Notes under the pieces: model-generated
The model's input: the letters and a program-made list of their open reading frames with translations, nothing else
Told to the model about the DNA's origin: nothing
The model's database searches: none
Part shown: positions 50,032-63,924 of the stretch, one piece after another
Layout: each line of letters starts with the position of its first letter
Numbering within the stretch: the stretch's first letter is position 1
Origin: Mobula hypostoma
Lineage: Eukaryota
DNA length: 64,000 nucleotides
NCBI RefSeq assembly: GCF_963921235.1
Contig: NC_086097.1
Coordinates: 256,124,001 to 256,188,000 of the forward strand
Direction: 5' to 3'
Translations under genes and position numbers: made by a program

Positions 50032-50569
50032 CTGCAAAAACAAAAGCCTCAGATAAATATTTTATTAAAACCACAGAATATAACTATTAGTGAATTTGTG
50101 ATAACAATGGGTGAATTTTCAACAAATAATTCATTACAAAATTTGTACTAATATAGCACTAAAATATTCCATCACCTTTTCTGCACATAGCACAAGAACA
50201 GGTTTTTCTTCCCACAATGTCTGAACCAACCAAAATGACAAATTAAACAAACCTCTCTACCCCAATAAAATAGATTGCTCCATTCCCGTGTTTTCATTCA
50301 CCTGACTAAATGCCTCTTAAATACCACTATCATGTCTGTTTCCATTGCACACATCTTTAAATTTCCCCCTCTTTCTGCCCTAGGAAAAGGACCCTGTATA
50401 CCCTATCTATGCATCTGATTATTTTATGAACCTCCATCAAGTCTCCCGGCAGTCTCCAATGCTGCAAAGAAATTAATTTAAGTTTGATTCACATTTCCTC
50501 ACAGTTAATACTCTATAATCCAGGCAGCACACTGGTGAATCTCTTCTGTTGCTCTCTGAAGACTCCACA

Positions 50570-53500
50570 TATTGAGGATGTGACTAAATACATTGATGAA
50601 GGAAGAGCAGTAGATGTAGTGTATATGGATTTCAGCAAGGCATTTGATAAGATACTCCATGCAAGTGAGGAGGAATGGGATCCAAGGGGACATTACTTTG
50701 TGAATCCAGAACTGGTTTGCCCACAGAAGGCAAAGAGTGGTTGCAGATGGGTCATATTCTGCATGGAGGCCAGTGACCAGCGGTGTGCCTCAGGGATCTG
50801 TTCTGGGACCCCTTCTCTTCGTGATTTTTATAAATGACCTGGATGATGAAGTGGAGGGATGGCTTAGTAAGTTTGCTGATGACACAAAGGTTGGGGGTGT
50901 TATGGATAGTGTGGAGGGCTGTCAGAGGTTACAACGGGACATTGATAGGATGCAAAACTGGGCTAAGTGGCAGATGGAGTACAACCCAGATAACTGTGAA
51001 GTGGTTCATTTTGGTAGGTCAAATATGATGACAGAATATAGTATTAATGGTAAGACTCTTGGCAGTGTGGAGGATCAGAGGGATCTTGGGGTCTGAGTCC
51101 TGTTAAGGAGTGATCAGGACTGCATACCATACTCCAGTGTGGCTTAATCAGTTATATGGAGCTGCACATTTACATCCTGGCTCTTATACACAATGCCCCC
51201 ACCAATGAAGCTTCTTCACTATCCTATCTAGTTGTAATGCTACTTTCAAGGAACTTGTGAAGTCTACAATCAATTCTTTGATCTTACTGACATTGGGTCA
51301 GAGGTTGTTGTTATTACACCACTCAGCCAAGTTTTCAGTCTCCCTCCTATATGCTGATTAATCACCCCCTTTGATACAACCCACAACAGTGTATCATCAG
51401 CTAACGTGTATATATTGTTGGAGCTGTACTTTGCCACTCAGTCATAGGTGTAAAGCAAGTAGAGCAGAGGACTGAGTATACATCCCTGCAATACTCCTGT
51501 CGATAGGTGGTTAAGGCGGCTTATGAAGTGCTTGTTTTTAATAGTTGAGGCATTGAGTTCAAAAGTCAGGAAGTTATGTTGCAACTTTTTAAAACTCTGG
51601 TTAGGGTCGGGTTAACTCTGGAGTATGGTCAGTCCTGATGAAGGGTCCGGGCCCTTCACTCTTACTTGAGTGTTTACTCATTTAGACCTTAAGACCATAA
51701 CACGTTAGAAGTAGAATTAATCCATTTGGCCTATCCAGTTTGCTCCACCATTTAATCATGGGCTGATCCTTTTTTTTTCCCCCTCCTCAGCCCCATTCCC
51801 CAGCCTGCTCCCCATAATCAAGAATCTGTCAAGCTCCAACTTAAATACACACAACGACCTGGCCTCCACAGCTGCCTGTGGTAGTAAGTTCCACAAATTC
51901 ACCACCCTCTGGCTAAAGAAATTTCTCACCACCTCTGTTTTTAATGGACGCCCCTCTATCTTGAGGCTATCTCTTGTCCTAGACTCCCCCACCATGTGAA
52001 ACATCCTTTCCAGATCTACTCAGTCGAGACTTTTCAACATTTGAAAAGTTTCAACGAAATCCCCCCCTCATCCTTCTAAATTCCAGCAAGTACACAACCA
52101 GAGCTATCGAACATTCCTCATATGATAATTCCCAGAATCATCCTTGTGAACCTCGTCGGGACCCTCTCCAATGCCAGCACATCTTTTCTTAGATGAGAAG
52201 CCAAGAACTGTTAACAACATTCAGGGTGAGGCCTCACCAATGCCTTATAAAGCCACAGCATCACATCCCTGCTCTTGTATTCTAGACCTCTTGAAATGAA
52301 TGCAAACATTGCATTTGCCTCCTCACCACCAACTCTACCAGCAAGTTAACCTTTAGGGTTTTCTACACAAGGAGTCCCAAGTCCTTGTGCAACTCAGAGT
52401 TTTGGATTTTTCCCCGTTTAGAAAATAGTCTGCACATTTATTTCTACTACCAAAGTGCATGACCATGCATTTTCCAACATTGTACTTCATTTGCCACTTC
52501 CTTGCCCATTCTCCTAATCTGTCTAAGTCCTTTGGCACCCTTCCTGTTTCCTCAACACTACATCTAATACATCTCAACAATCTTTGTATCATCGGCAGAT
52601 TTGACAACAAAGCCATCTATTCCATCATCTAAATCACTGATATACAGTATAAGTTGTCCCACCGACCCTTGTAGAACACCACTAGTCCCTGGCAGCCTTT
52701 TTTTCCTGTAATACCATGGGCTCTTAACTTGGTAGGCAGCCTCACGTGTGCCATCTTGTCAAAGCCTTCTGAAAATAAAAATATACATTGACTGCATCCC
52801 CTTTATGTTCAAAGAATTCCAACATGTTTGTCACCCAAGATTTTCCCTGAAGGAAGCTATGTGGACTTTGTCCTATCTTGTCCTGTGTCACTCCACATCC
52901 TCATCCTTTAACAATTGACACCAACATCTTCCCAACCACTGAGGTCAGGCTAATTGGTCTATAATTTCCTTTTTGCTGCCTTCCTCCTTTCCTAAAGAGT
53001 GGAGTGATAGTTGCAATATTCCAGTCCTCTGGCACGAGGCCAGAGTCCAATGATTTTTGAAAGATCATTACTAATGCCTCCAAAATCTCTATCACTATCT
53101 CTTTCAGAACCCTAGAGTGCAGTTCATTTGGTTCGGGTAACTTATGTACCCTTAGGTCTTTCAGCATTTTGAGCACCTTATTTCTCTGCATTCATTTTCT
53201 AATTGTCCTATATTCACTCTCATCTTCTTTTAAAAATTGTTTTTGTACATACTTGAAAAAGCTTTTACTATCCACTTTGGTATTGTTAGCTAGCTTGCTT
53301 TCATATTTCAACTTTTGCCTCCTAATGATTTTTTCATTATTCTCTGTAGGTTTTTAAAAGCTTCCCAATCATCTGTCTTACCACCAATTTTTGCATTGTT
53401 GTATGCCCTCTTTTTTGCTTTTACATTAGCTTTGACTTCCCTTATGAGCCACATTGTAGTATGTTTCCATTTGAGTATTTCTTTGTATTTCGAATACATC

Positions 53501-54800
53501 TAATATGCACCTTCCTCATTTTTCCCAGAACTGGGCTGAGAAGTGGCAGATGGAGTTCAACGCAGATAAGTGTGAAGCGGTTCATTTTGGTAGGTCAAAT
53601 TTGAAGACAGAATATGATATTAATGGTAAGACTCTTGGCAGTGTGGAGGATCAGCAAGATCTTGGGGTCCATGAGCATAAGACACACAAAGCTGCTGCGC
53701 AGGTTGACAGTGTTGTTAAGAAGGCGTATGGTGTGTTGGCCTTCATCAACCGTGGGACTGAGTTCAAGAGCCATGAGGTAACATTACAGCTATACAAGAC
53801 CTTAGTTAGACCCCATTGTGTTCAGTTCTGGTCACCACATTACAGGAAGAATGTGGATACTAAAGACAGAGTGCAGAGGAGATTTATAAGGATGTTACCT
53901 AGATTGGAAAACATGCCAGACATGAACTTGGCCTTTTCTCCTTGGAGTGACGGAGGATGAGAGGTGACCTGATAGAGGTGTATCAGATGATAAGAGGCAT
54001 TGATTGTGTGGATGGCCCGAGGCTTTTTCCCAGGGCTAAAATGGCTAACATGAGTGGCGTATAGCTTTAAGGTGCTTGAAAGTAGGTACAAGGGAGATGT
54101 CAGATGTAAGAGTGGTGGGTGCATGGAATGCACTGCCAGCGAAGGTGGTAGAGGCAGATACTATAGGGTCTTTTAAGAGACTCATAGGTATATGGAGCTC
54201 AGAAAAATAGAAGGCTATGCGGTAGGGAAATTCTAGGCAGTTTCTTGAGTAGGTTATATGGTCAGCACAACAATATGGGCCAAAGGATCTGGAATGCGCT
54301 GTAGATTTCTATGTTTCTATTGCCGCTCCGCTGTCATCCTCGCCAGCAGCTCCTTCCAATTTATTTTGGCTAACTCCTCTCTCATAATTTCCTTTACTCC
54401 ACTGAAACACTGCTATGTCAGATTTTACCTCCTCTCTATCAAATTTCGAGTTAAACTCAATCATATTGTGATTACTGCATCCTAAGGGTTCTTTTACCTT
54501 ATACTCCCTGATCACCTCAGGTTCATTACATAACACCCAATCCAATATAGCTGAACCCCTAGTAGGCTCAATAACCAACTGCTTTAAAAAGCCATTTTGT
54601 AGGAATTAAACAAACTCACTCTCTTGAGATCCATTTCCAACCTCATTTTCCCTATTGACCTGCATGTTGAAATCTCCCTTGACTATCATAACACTGCCGT
54701 TTTGATGCACCTTTTCTATTTTCCATTGTAATCTGTGGTCCACATCCCAGCTACTGTTGGAAGGCCTGTATATAACTGCCATCCAATCAGTATATTCCTT
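50570..54800. mobile_element. Mosaic of degenerate CR1 fragments on both strands
   Basis: CR1 ORF2 motifs at 50570-51096 (+), 51690-53525 (-), 53526-54318 (+), 54320-54790 (-). Confidence 0.85.
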
Positions 54801-57800
54801 TTGATCGGGACTACAGAGCATCGTGGGAGCTGAATTCTGAAGGAAGGCAGTTTTTTTTAAAACTTCAAGTGCAAGAAGGGCGAGACTGCGCAGGCGCGTG
54901 ACGTCAACAGGACCGCGCAAAGAGTTTAAAAAGGAGACCACCCTATACAGCGGGCAGCTGTCGGAGCGTGCAGCAGAGTGAGCGGTAGCAGAGTGTAGGG
55001 CTTTGGCTTCAATGGGCTTCAGCGGTAAACGGGAAGAGGCGAGAGCGAGGCACCAACTCGTTTTTTGTCCCCCCCCCACCCCTTTCGCGAATCGGCCCGG
55101 ACAGACAGGAACAGCAGGGCTCTCACAGCTAACGGTACGAGCTAACGGTTTAAAAAGTTCGTCTGTTTGGCGAAGTAAGTGGGTGAAGAGACTTATTTTT
55201 CCTGTTTCATTCCTGTAGAATTAGGTAGCATGCCTGCAGGGTTAGTGCTTTGTTCAGGGTGTCAGATATGGGAATCCTGGGAGACCTCCAGCCTTCCTGA
55301 TGGCCACATCTGCGCCAGGTGCACCGAGTTACAGCTCCTCAGAGACCGTGTTAGGGATCTGGAATGCAGCTTGATGACCTACTGCTCATCAGGGAAAGTG
55401 AAGAGGTGATAGACAGGAGGTAGTCATCCCTAGGCTACAGGAGTCAGAAAACTGGGTCACTGTCAAGAGAGGGAAGGGAAAAGCCCGGATAGTGGAGAGC
55501 ACACCTGTGGCTGTCCCCCTCAGCAACAAATATCTTGTTCTGGATGCTGTTGAGGGGGATGACCTGACAGGGGTCGCCCATGGTGACCGGGTCTCTGGCA
55601 CTGAGCCTGGCACTGTTGTGCAGGAGAGAAGGAGGGAGAAGAGAAATGCAGTAGTCATAGGGGATTCCATAGTCAGGGGAACAGACAGGAGATTCTGTGA
55701 GCCTGACAGAGATACCCGCATGGTGTGTTGCCCCCCAGGTGCCAGGGTACAGGATGTCTCGGATCGGGTCCTGAATATTCTAAAGGGGGAGGGTGAGCAG
55801 CCAGTTGTCCTGGTACATGTTGGTACCAATGACATAGATAGGACAAAGGAGGAGGTCCTGAAGAGAGATTTCCAGGAGTTAGGAAGGAAGCTGAGAAGCA
55901 GGACCTCCAGGGTAGTAATCTCCAGATTGCTACCTGTGCCACGTGCTAGCGAGGGCAAGAATAGTCGGATCAGGCAGATGAATGCGTGGCTGAGACACTG
56001 GTGTAGGGGGCAGGGCTTCAGATTCTTGGATAATTGGGATCTCTTCTGGGGGAAGTATGACCTGTTCAAAAAGGACAGGTTACACCTGAACCCGAAGGGG
56101 ACCAATATCCTGGCAGGAAAGTTTAATAGAGCTGTTAGGGAGGGTTTAAACTAATTTGGCAGGGGGATGGGAACTGGAATGATAGAGCGGAGGAAGGGGA
56201 AAACAGAAATAAATCTAAGATAGTGAGCAGTAAAGATGTCAGGAAAGACAGGCAGGTGGTGGGGCAAATTTGTAGCCATTGGGATGAGTTGCAATGCAAT
56301 AAAGTTGCAGTGAAATCAAAGCAAAAAGTATCAAATACTGGTCTTAAGGTGTTGTACTTAAATGCACGCAGCATAAGGAATAAGGTGGATGATCTTGTTG
56401 TACAGCTACAGATTGGCAGGTATGATATTGTGGCCATCACTGAGACCTGGCTAAAGGATGCATGCCTCTGGGAGCTGAACGTCCAAGGATACACGGTGTA
56501 TCGGAAGGATAGGAAGGTAGGCAGAGGGGGAGGCGTGGCTTTATTGGTAAGAAATGATATTAAATCATTAGAAAGAGGTGATATAGGATCGGAAGGTGCA
56601 GAATCTTTATGGGTTGAGCTAAGAAATAGCAGGGGTAAAAGGACCCTGATGGCAGTTACTTATAGGCCTCCAAACAGCTGCAGGGATGTGGACTACAAAT
56701 TACAACTGGAAATAGAAAAGGCTTGTCAGTAGGGCAGTGTTATGATAATTGTGGGGGATTTTAACATGCGAGTAGATTAGGAAAATCAGGTCAGCACTGG
56801 ATCTGAAGACAGAGAATTTGTAGAATGTCTGCAAGATGGCTTTTTAGAACAGCTTGTTGTTGAGCCCACTAGGGGATCGGCTGTACTGGATTGGGTATTG
56901 TGTAATGAACCGGAGGTGATTAGAGAGATTGAGGTGAAGGAACCCTTAGGAGGCAGTGATCATAACATGATTGCGTTCACTGTGAAATTAGAAAAAGAGA
57001 AGCAGAAATCTGATGTGTTGGTATTTCAGTGGAGTAAAGGAAATTACAGTGGCATGAGAGAAGAACTGGCCAAAGTTGACTGGAAAGGGACACTGGCGGG
57101 AAAGACAGCAGAGCAGCAGTGGCTGGAGTTTATGCGAGAACTGAGCAATGTGCAAGACAGGTATATTCCAAAAAAGAAGAAATTTTCAAGTGGAAAAAGG
57201 ATGCAACCATGGTTGACAAGAGAAGTCAAAGCCAAAGTTAAAGCAAAGGAGAGGGCATACGAGGAATCAAAAATTAGTGGGAAGACAGAAGATTGGGAAG
57301 TTTTTAAAACCTTACAAAAGGAAACCAAGAAGGTCATTAAGAGAGAAAAGATTAACTATGAAAGGAAGCTAGCAAATAATATCAAAGAGGATACTAAAAG
57401 CTTTTTCAAGTATATAAAGAGTAAAAGACAGGTGAGAGTAGATATAGGACCGATAGAATATGATGCTGGAGAAATTGTAATGGGAGATAAGGAGATGGCA
57501 GAGGAACTGAATGAGTATTTTGCATTAGTCTTCACTGAGGAAGACATCAGCAGTATACCGGACACTCAAGGGTGGCAGGGAAGGGAAGTGTGCGCAGTCA
57601 CAATTACGACAGAGAAAGTACTCAGGAAGCTGAATAGGCTAAAGGTAGATAAATCTCCTGGACCAGATGGAATGCACCCTCGTGTTCTGAAGGAAGTAGC
57701 TATGGAGATCACGGAGAAATTAGCGATGATCTTTCAAAAGTCGATAGATTCTGGCATGGTTCCGGAGGACTGGAAGATTGTAAATGCCACTCCGCTATTT

Positions 57801-59223
57801 AAGCAGGGGGTAAGGAAGCAAAAAGGAAATTATGGACCTGTTAGCTTGACATCCGTGGTTGGGAAGTTGTTGGAGTCGATTAGGATGAGGTTACAGAGTA
57901 CCTGGAGGCATATGACAAGATAGGCAGAACTCAGCATGGATTCCTTAAAGGAAAATCCTGCCTGACAAACCTATTACAATTTTTTGAGGAAATTACCAGT
58001 AGGCTAGACAAGGGAGATGCAGTGGATGTTGTATATTTGGATTTTCAGAAGGCCTTTGACAAGGTGCCACACATGAGGCTGCTTAACAAGATAAAGAGCC
58101 CATGGAATTACGGGAAAGTTACACACGTGGATAGAGCGTTGGCTGATTGGCAGGAAACAGAGAGTGGGAATAAAGGGACCCTATTCTGGTTGGCTGCCGG
58201 TTACCAGTGGTGTTCCACAGGGATTAGTGTTGGGGCCGCTATTTTTTACATTGTACATCAACGATTTGGATTATGGAATAGATGGCTTTGTGGCTAAGTT
58301 TGCTGACGATACGAAGATAGGTGGAGGGGCCAGTAGTGCTGAGGAAACAGAGAGTCTGCAGAGAGACTTGGATAGATTGGAAGAATGGGCAGAGAAGTGG
58401 CAAATGAAGTACAATGTTGGAAAGTGTATGGTTATACACTTTGGCAGAAAAATAAACGAGCAGACTATTATTTAAATAGGGAAAGAATTCAAAGTTCTGA
58501 GATGCAACGGGACTTGGAAGTCCTCATACAGGATACCCTTAATGTTAACCTCCACGTTGAGTCAGTAGTGAAGAAGGCGATTGCAATGTTGGCATCTATT
58601 TCTAGAGGAATAGAGTATAGGAGCAGGGATGTGATGTTGAGGCTCTATAAGGCGCTGGTGAGACCTCACTTGGAGTACTGTGGGCAGTTTTGGTCTCCTT
58701 ATTTAAGAAAGGATGTGCTGACGTTGGAGAGGGAACAGAGAAGATTCACTAGAATGATTCCGGGAATGAGAGGGTTAACATATGAGGAACGTTTGTCCAC
58801 TCTTGGACTGTATTCCTTGGAGTTTAGAAGAATGAGGGGAGACCTCATAGAAACATTTCGAATGTTGAAAGGCATGGACAGAGTGGATGTGGCAAAGTTG
58901 TTTCCCATGATGGGGGAGTCTAGTACAAGAGGGCATGACTTAAGGATTGAAGGGCGCCCATTCAGAACAGAAATGCGAAGAAATTTTTTTAGTCAGAGGG
59001 TGGTGAATCTATGGAATTTGTTGCCACGGGCAACGGTGGAGGCCAAGTCATTGGGTGTATTTAAGGCAGAGATTGATAGGTATCTGAGTAGCCAGGGCAT
59101 CAAAGATTATGGTGAGAAGGTGGGGAGTGGGACTAAATGGGAGAATGGATCAGCTCATGATAAAATGGCAGAGCAGACTCGATGGGCCGAATGGCCGATT
59201 TCTGCTCCTTTGTCTTATGGTCT
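54800..59223 (+). mobile_element. Near full-length CR1 LINE: 5' UTR, ORF1 (Zn finger + SGNH esterase), ORF2 (APE + RT), with stops and frameshifts
   Basis: ORF1 from ATG 55230 with CSGC/CARC, then GDSI / HVGTND / DRLHL esterase blocks ending 56154. ORF2 LYLNARS through FADD to the 3' tail. Confidence 0.95.
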
Positions 59224-59444
59224 AAATGTTCAAATTGTGCTCGCATGCACCACTTGAGCTGGCAGCTCGTTCCACACTTTCATGACCCTCTGAGTGAAGA
59301 AGCTTCCCCCTATGTTCCCTTTAAACTTTTCACCTTTTACCCTTAACGCTTCACCTCTAGTTGTATCCACACCAAACCTCAGTGGAAAAAAAAACTTATT
59401 TACATTTTTCCTGTAGGTAAGTGACCAAAACTGTCTTACGGTCT

Positions 59445-61460
59445 TTTACTCTTACAGTTTATTTACTCAACCCACAAGGATTCAACATCTTCCTATGTCA
59501 CATCTTTATACTGATTTGATGCCATTCTTTACCAGCAGAGCCACATAACCTTTGTATCCCTCCAATACAACGGGTAACCTTGGACATTCAGTTCCCAACT
59601 ACAGCCATCTTTCAGCCACAATTCAGTGATGGCCACAACATCATACATGACAATCTGTTATAGTGCAACAAGATCATCCACATTATTTCTTATATCTCAA
59701 TGCATGGAGTACAACAATTTGAATGCTGCATTTGCTACCCTTTTTGATTCTGCATCATTCATGCACTGATACTCACCCTGCTGGCTGCAATTTTGTCCTA
59801 TCATCTGCCAACCTTTCCTGACAGTCTGACTGCATGCTATCTTTGCTTTTTTTACCATTCATCCTATCCCGAGACCTTTCATACCGGTTCCCACCCCCCG
59901 CCAAATTAATTTAAACCCTCCCCAACAGCTCTAACAAACCTGCCTACAAGAACATTGGTCCCCCTCGGGTTCAGGTGCAACAGTCACTTTTGAACAGGTC
60001 ATACCTCCCCCCGAAGAGATCCCAATGATCCAAGAACCTAACGCCCTGCCCCCTGCCCCAGCTTCTCAGCCATGTATTAATCTGGCAAATCATCTTTTCC
60101 ATAGATGTTGCCTGGCCTGCTGAGTTCCTCCAGCATTTTGTTTGTGTTGCTTGGATTTCCAGCATCTGCAGATTTTCTCACCTTTTAGAGGTGCGTGTGC
60201 TATCATGAGAGGCTGAATAAACTTGGGTTGTTTTCTCTGGAGCACCTAAGGCTGAGAGGAGATCTGATAGAGGTTTACGAGATTATGAGCGGCATAGACA
60301 GAGTAGACAGAGAGTACCTGATACCCAGCGTTGACACCACTAATACCAGGTAGCATGCATTGAAGGAGATATGGGTTAAGTTCAAAGGGGGGGGGGTGAA
60401 GGTTAAGTTTTTTTTTTACTCAAAAAGTTGTGGGTGCCTGCAATGCACTGCCTGGTATGGTGGTAGAGGTGAATACATTAGAGGTTTTTAAGAGACGTTT
60501 GGATACCACATGGATGAAAGGAAGGTGGAGGGATATGGACATTGTGTAGGTAGGGGAGAGATTAGTGTTTGGGTGTTTTTGATTTGCTTTTTAGCTAGTT
60601 TGGTACAACATTGTGGGGTGACTGGCCTATAACTGTGCTGTATTGTTCGATGTTCTATGCTCTAATTGCCCAGATTAAACTTCATTTACTATTTCTGTGT
60701 CTATATTTGCAATTAATCTGTATCCTGACAAACTTCTTCAATACCTGCAACTCCATCAATTTTTGTGTTGTCTGCAAACACACAAGCAATTCCTGTCTAC
60801 TATGAGAATTACAAGGCATTTGATTGTAAGATACTACAAAGAATCCTTATGGGTCGAGATAAGGGTAAGAATAGGATGCTCTGGATGATGAACAAGTGGC
60901 TGAGGAACTGGTGTAGGGGGCAGGGTTTCAAATTTCAGGATCATTGGGACCTCTTCTGGGGCAGGTGGGACCTGTACAAGACAGACGGGTTACACTTGAA
61001 CTACAGGGGGACCAATATCCTTTCAGGGAGGTTTGTTAGTGCTATTTGGGAGGCTTTAAACTAGATTTGCAGGGGGATGGGAACCAGAGTGCCAGAGCTG
61101 ACAGTGTGGCTGGGGTGAAAATAAATGATGTTAAAAGTTCAAGCAAATCCACGAATAGAAAGGTTGTGAGTAGTGGTAAAAATCTTCCGAGGTGTATATA
61201 TTTCAATGCTAGGAGCATTGCGGGGAAGGCGGATGAGTTGAGGGCGTGGATTGACACGTGGAATTATGACATTATAGCAATTAGTGAAACTTGGCTACAG
61301 GAGGGGCAGGACTGGCAGCTTAATATTCCAGGGTTCCGATGTTTCAGATGTGATCGAGGCAGAGGAATGAAAGGTGGGATCGCGTTCAAGAGCTGTGAGG
61401 TAATGTTACAGTTATACAAGACCTTGGTCAGTCCCCATTTAGGGTACTGTGTTCAATCAG
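59445..61460. mobile_element. Mosaic of CR1 fragments, with a short Penelope 3' remnant (~60100-60180)
   Basis: CR1 ORF1-end/APE pieces on both strands; gatgttgcctggcctgctgagttcctccagc...catctgcagatttt matches the Penelope ends elsewhere in the window. Confidence 0.75.
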
Positions 61461-61812
61461 CATCTGGAGCAGAGCAAAGAGCTTACTTGCCGGTTGGGAA
61501 AGCTAATATAAAAGAGAGCTTCGCGGGCGTTCAGACATTCCAGAGCTCCAATCAGCGTCAGGAGCAGAGCACTGCAAATTAAATAAAAGTACAGCAGGGG
61601 CAAGAGGGGGTGGCCATTGTTGGGAGTAGACCAGCAGTGAGAGTAGGAATATCAGGCTTTGACTCAAGAGGCTTCAACAAGAAGAGGCTGAAGCCAAAGA
61701 AACAGTTTAGATGATTTGGTCTTGGTTGTCCATTGTACAGCACAGGCAGGATGGCAGATATGGCAGTGGAAAGCTCCTCCTTTAGGATGTGGGAATTCAT
61801 GGAACTTGATAG

Positions 61813-63924
61813 ACCTCGGGTTCCGGTGACGTCATCGCTCAGAATGGCAGCTTCAATCAACAGCTCCTTCGGAAAAACGCATATCTTGCCCCGTTAATCC
61901 ATCAAATATAAGATCTTTTGAAAATATCTGAATTGATAAGGGAGGCAAGAATGGAGAGAAAGAATTGAGATTTAAAAAAAAGCACCACTGCGGAGCCTAT
62001 GGAAGAGAGAGGTGCAGCACGCGGCTCTCCTACACGTGTACGTGGGAGCGAAGCTGACGCAGGGCCTCATTCAGGTGAAGCGGCAAATATGATAAGGATT
62101 TTGGAAGAGATAAGGGAAGTCCAGAAAGACATAAAGCAGCAACTCAATATAAAGCCAGAGCTCACCAACATCAATCAGAAAATAGCGGTAGCAGAGACTC
62201 GAATTGAGAAGGTGGAAGATCGCGTTCAAAAAGTGGAACAGATACTAAGTAAGACGATAAAAATATTAAATCAACAGGAAAGTAAATTGCTTGACCAGGA
62301 GGGAAGATCGCAACGGAAAATATCAGGATTTATAATGTTCCCGAAGGAGTGGAGGGATTGTCGATGATGGACTTTGTAGACAAGCTGCTGCGGGAAGCCG
62401 CTGGAGATTCCTCAGATTACGGAGATTGAAATTGAAAGGGCACACCATTCGCTTGTCCAGTGGTCTCCCGGAGAAAGAGAAGGTAAACCACGCTCCATTG
62501 TACTTAGATTCCTTCAATTCAAGAGCAAGGCGGACATTGTACGAAGGGCCTGAGGTAAGAAGAGGGTGTTTTGGAACGGGAAGTTAATATACTTCGATCA
62601 TGATTACCCCCCGGCGGTCCTACAGGAACGGAAGGAATATTCCGAAGCAAAATGAATATTAAAGCAAGAAAAGATTAAATTCCAAACCCCGTACCCTGCT
62701 AAACTGAGGGTATTTTACCAAGAAGGGATGCGACTGTACCAGACGGTGGAGGAGGCGACTACAGACATGAACAACAGAGGACTGTCCATTAGCGTGGTCA
62801 AACCAAGGGAAACTCTGGCTGAGCAGTTATCCCAAACTGCTTGGGAAATAGTAAGAGAACCTAGAAAGCAGGGGACTGGAACAGGACGAGGGAAGGATTT
62901 TAGGAAGAGACTGTCAGTTCTCCGAGGGCAGCCCTCACCTCCTCCAGAAGTGCCATAAGGTTTGGCTAACTTTAAAAGTGCTGAGAAACTAAACTGAAGC
63001 AAAAATAGATGGTGATAGACCTATCTCGAGAAATACGTGCTATAATGTGGATTTTATATTACTCAATTTTTTAAAAAAATCATTTATTCATTCTTTTTTC
63101 CCCACCTAAAAGAGAATATATTCATACACAGGGAGGAATACACAGGGAAATCATTTCTGTGTAATGGACATTTTTTTTTAAACTTACTTTTACAGGTACT
63201 GCAGCGGGGGCCCTCAACCCACAGGTAGGAGGGGCTATCCCCCACGGCTAGACTTTTCTTCTAGCTCAACCCAGGGTCATCTAGAGACCCCAACCTTGGA
63301 ACCACACCTTCCTTACCTTTTTATTATACACTTTTCGTGGTTCTTATTTGTTCAGGGAGTAGATCGATTAAGTTATATTCTGCAAATTTCAATGATATAC
63401 TAACAGATAAATACGCAGAGTGTAAGAACATATATTTTAGGTATATACCTCAAGAATGGTTGAAAAGAGGAAAATGTAAATATTTAATGAATGTATTGCT
63501 GGTGGCTGGTAAAAAGACCCTTCCCAGGAAATGGTTATCTCAGAAGAGCCCAACTCTAAATGTATGGATGGAAATTACAATGGGCATTTACAAAACGGAG
63601 AAGATAACAACATCTGTTAATCATAAGTTGGAACAATTTTATTCATACTGGAAAAATGGTTTAACGACATAACATCTCATAGGCCTCATTTTATTCTCAC
63701 TATCAATGAATATGTTGTTAAAAAAATCACTCCCTACTCTGTACATAGTTTTCTTCTTTCGATTGTTCTTTCTTTCCTCTTCTTTCTATAAGAGTATACT
63801 TCAGATAAATATTATGTGGAGATTTGTGACAAATATGATTATATGATATATATGTACAGTATCTGAAATACATCCTATGGAAATGTTTGTTTGATGATGA
63901 AAGTCAATAAATTACAAAAAAAAA
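61813..63924 (+). mobile_element. L1/Tx1-clade non-autonomous element: degenerate ORF1 plus only the ORF2 C-terminal tip, poly(A), 11-bp TSD (HAL1-like)
   Basis: Coiled-coil, then EGRSQRKNIRIYNVPEG / IERAH / PRSIVLRF / FDHDYP / YPAKLRV (L1 ORF1p). ORF2 end LLVAGKK..RKWL..PTL..W...EK...W. AATAAA + A9. GAACTTGATAG at 61802-61812 and 63925-63935. Confidence 0.88.

Noticed and set aside
51630..51654. Fourth hammerhead-like motif (cagtcctgatgaagggtccgggccc)
   Set aside because: Truncated: lacks GAAA and the 3' half, so it cannot form the core.
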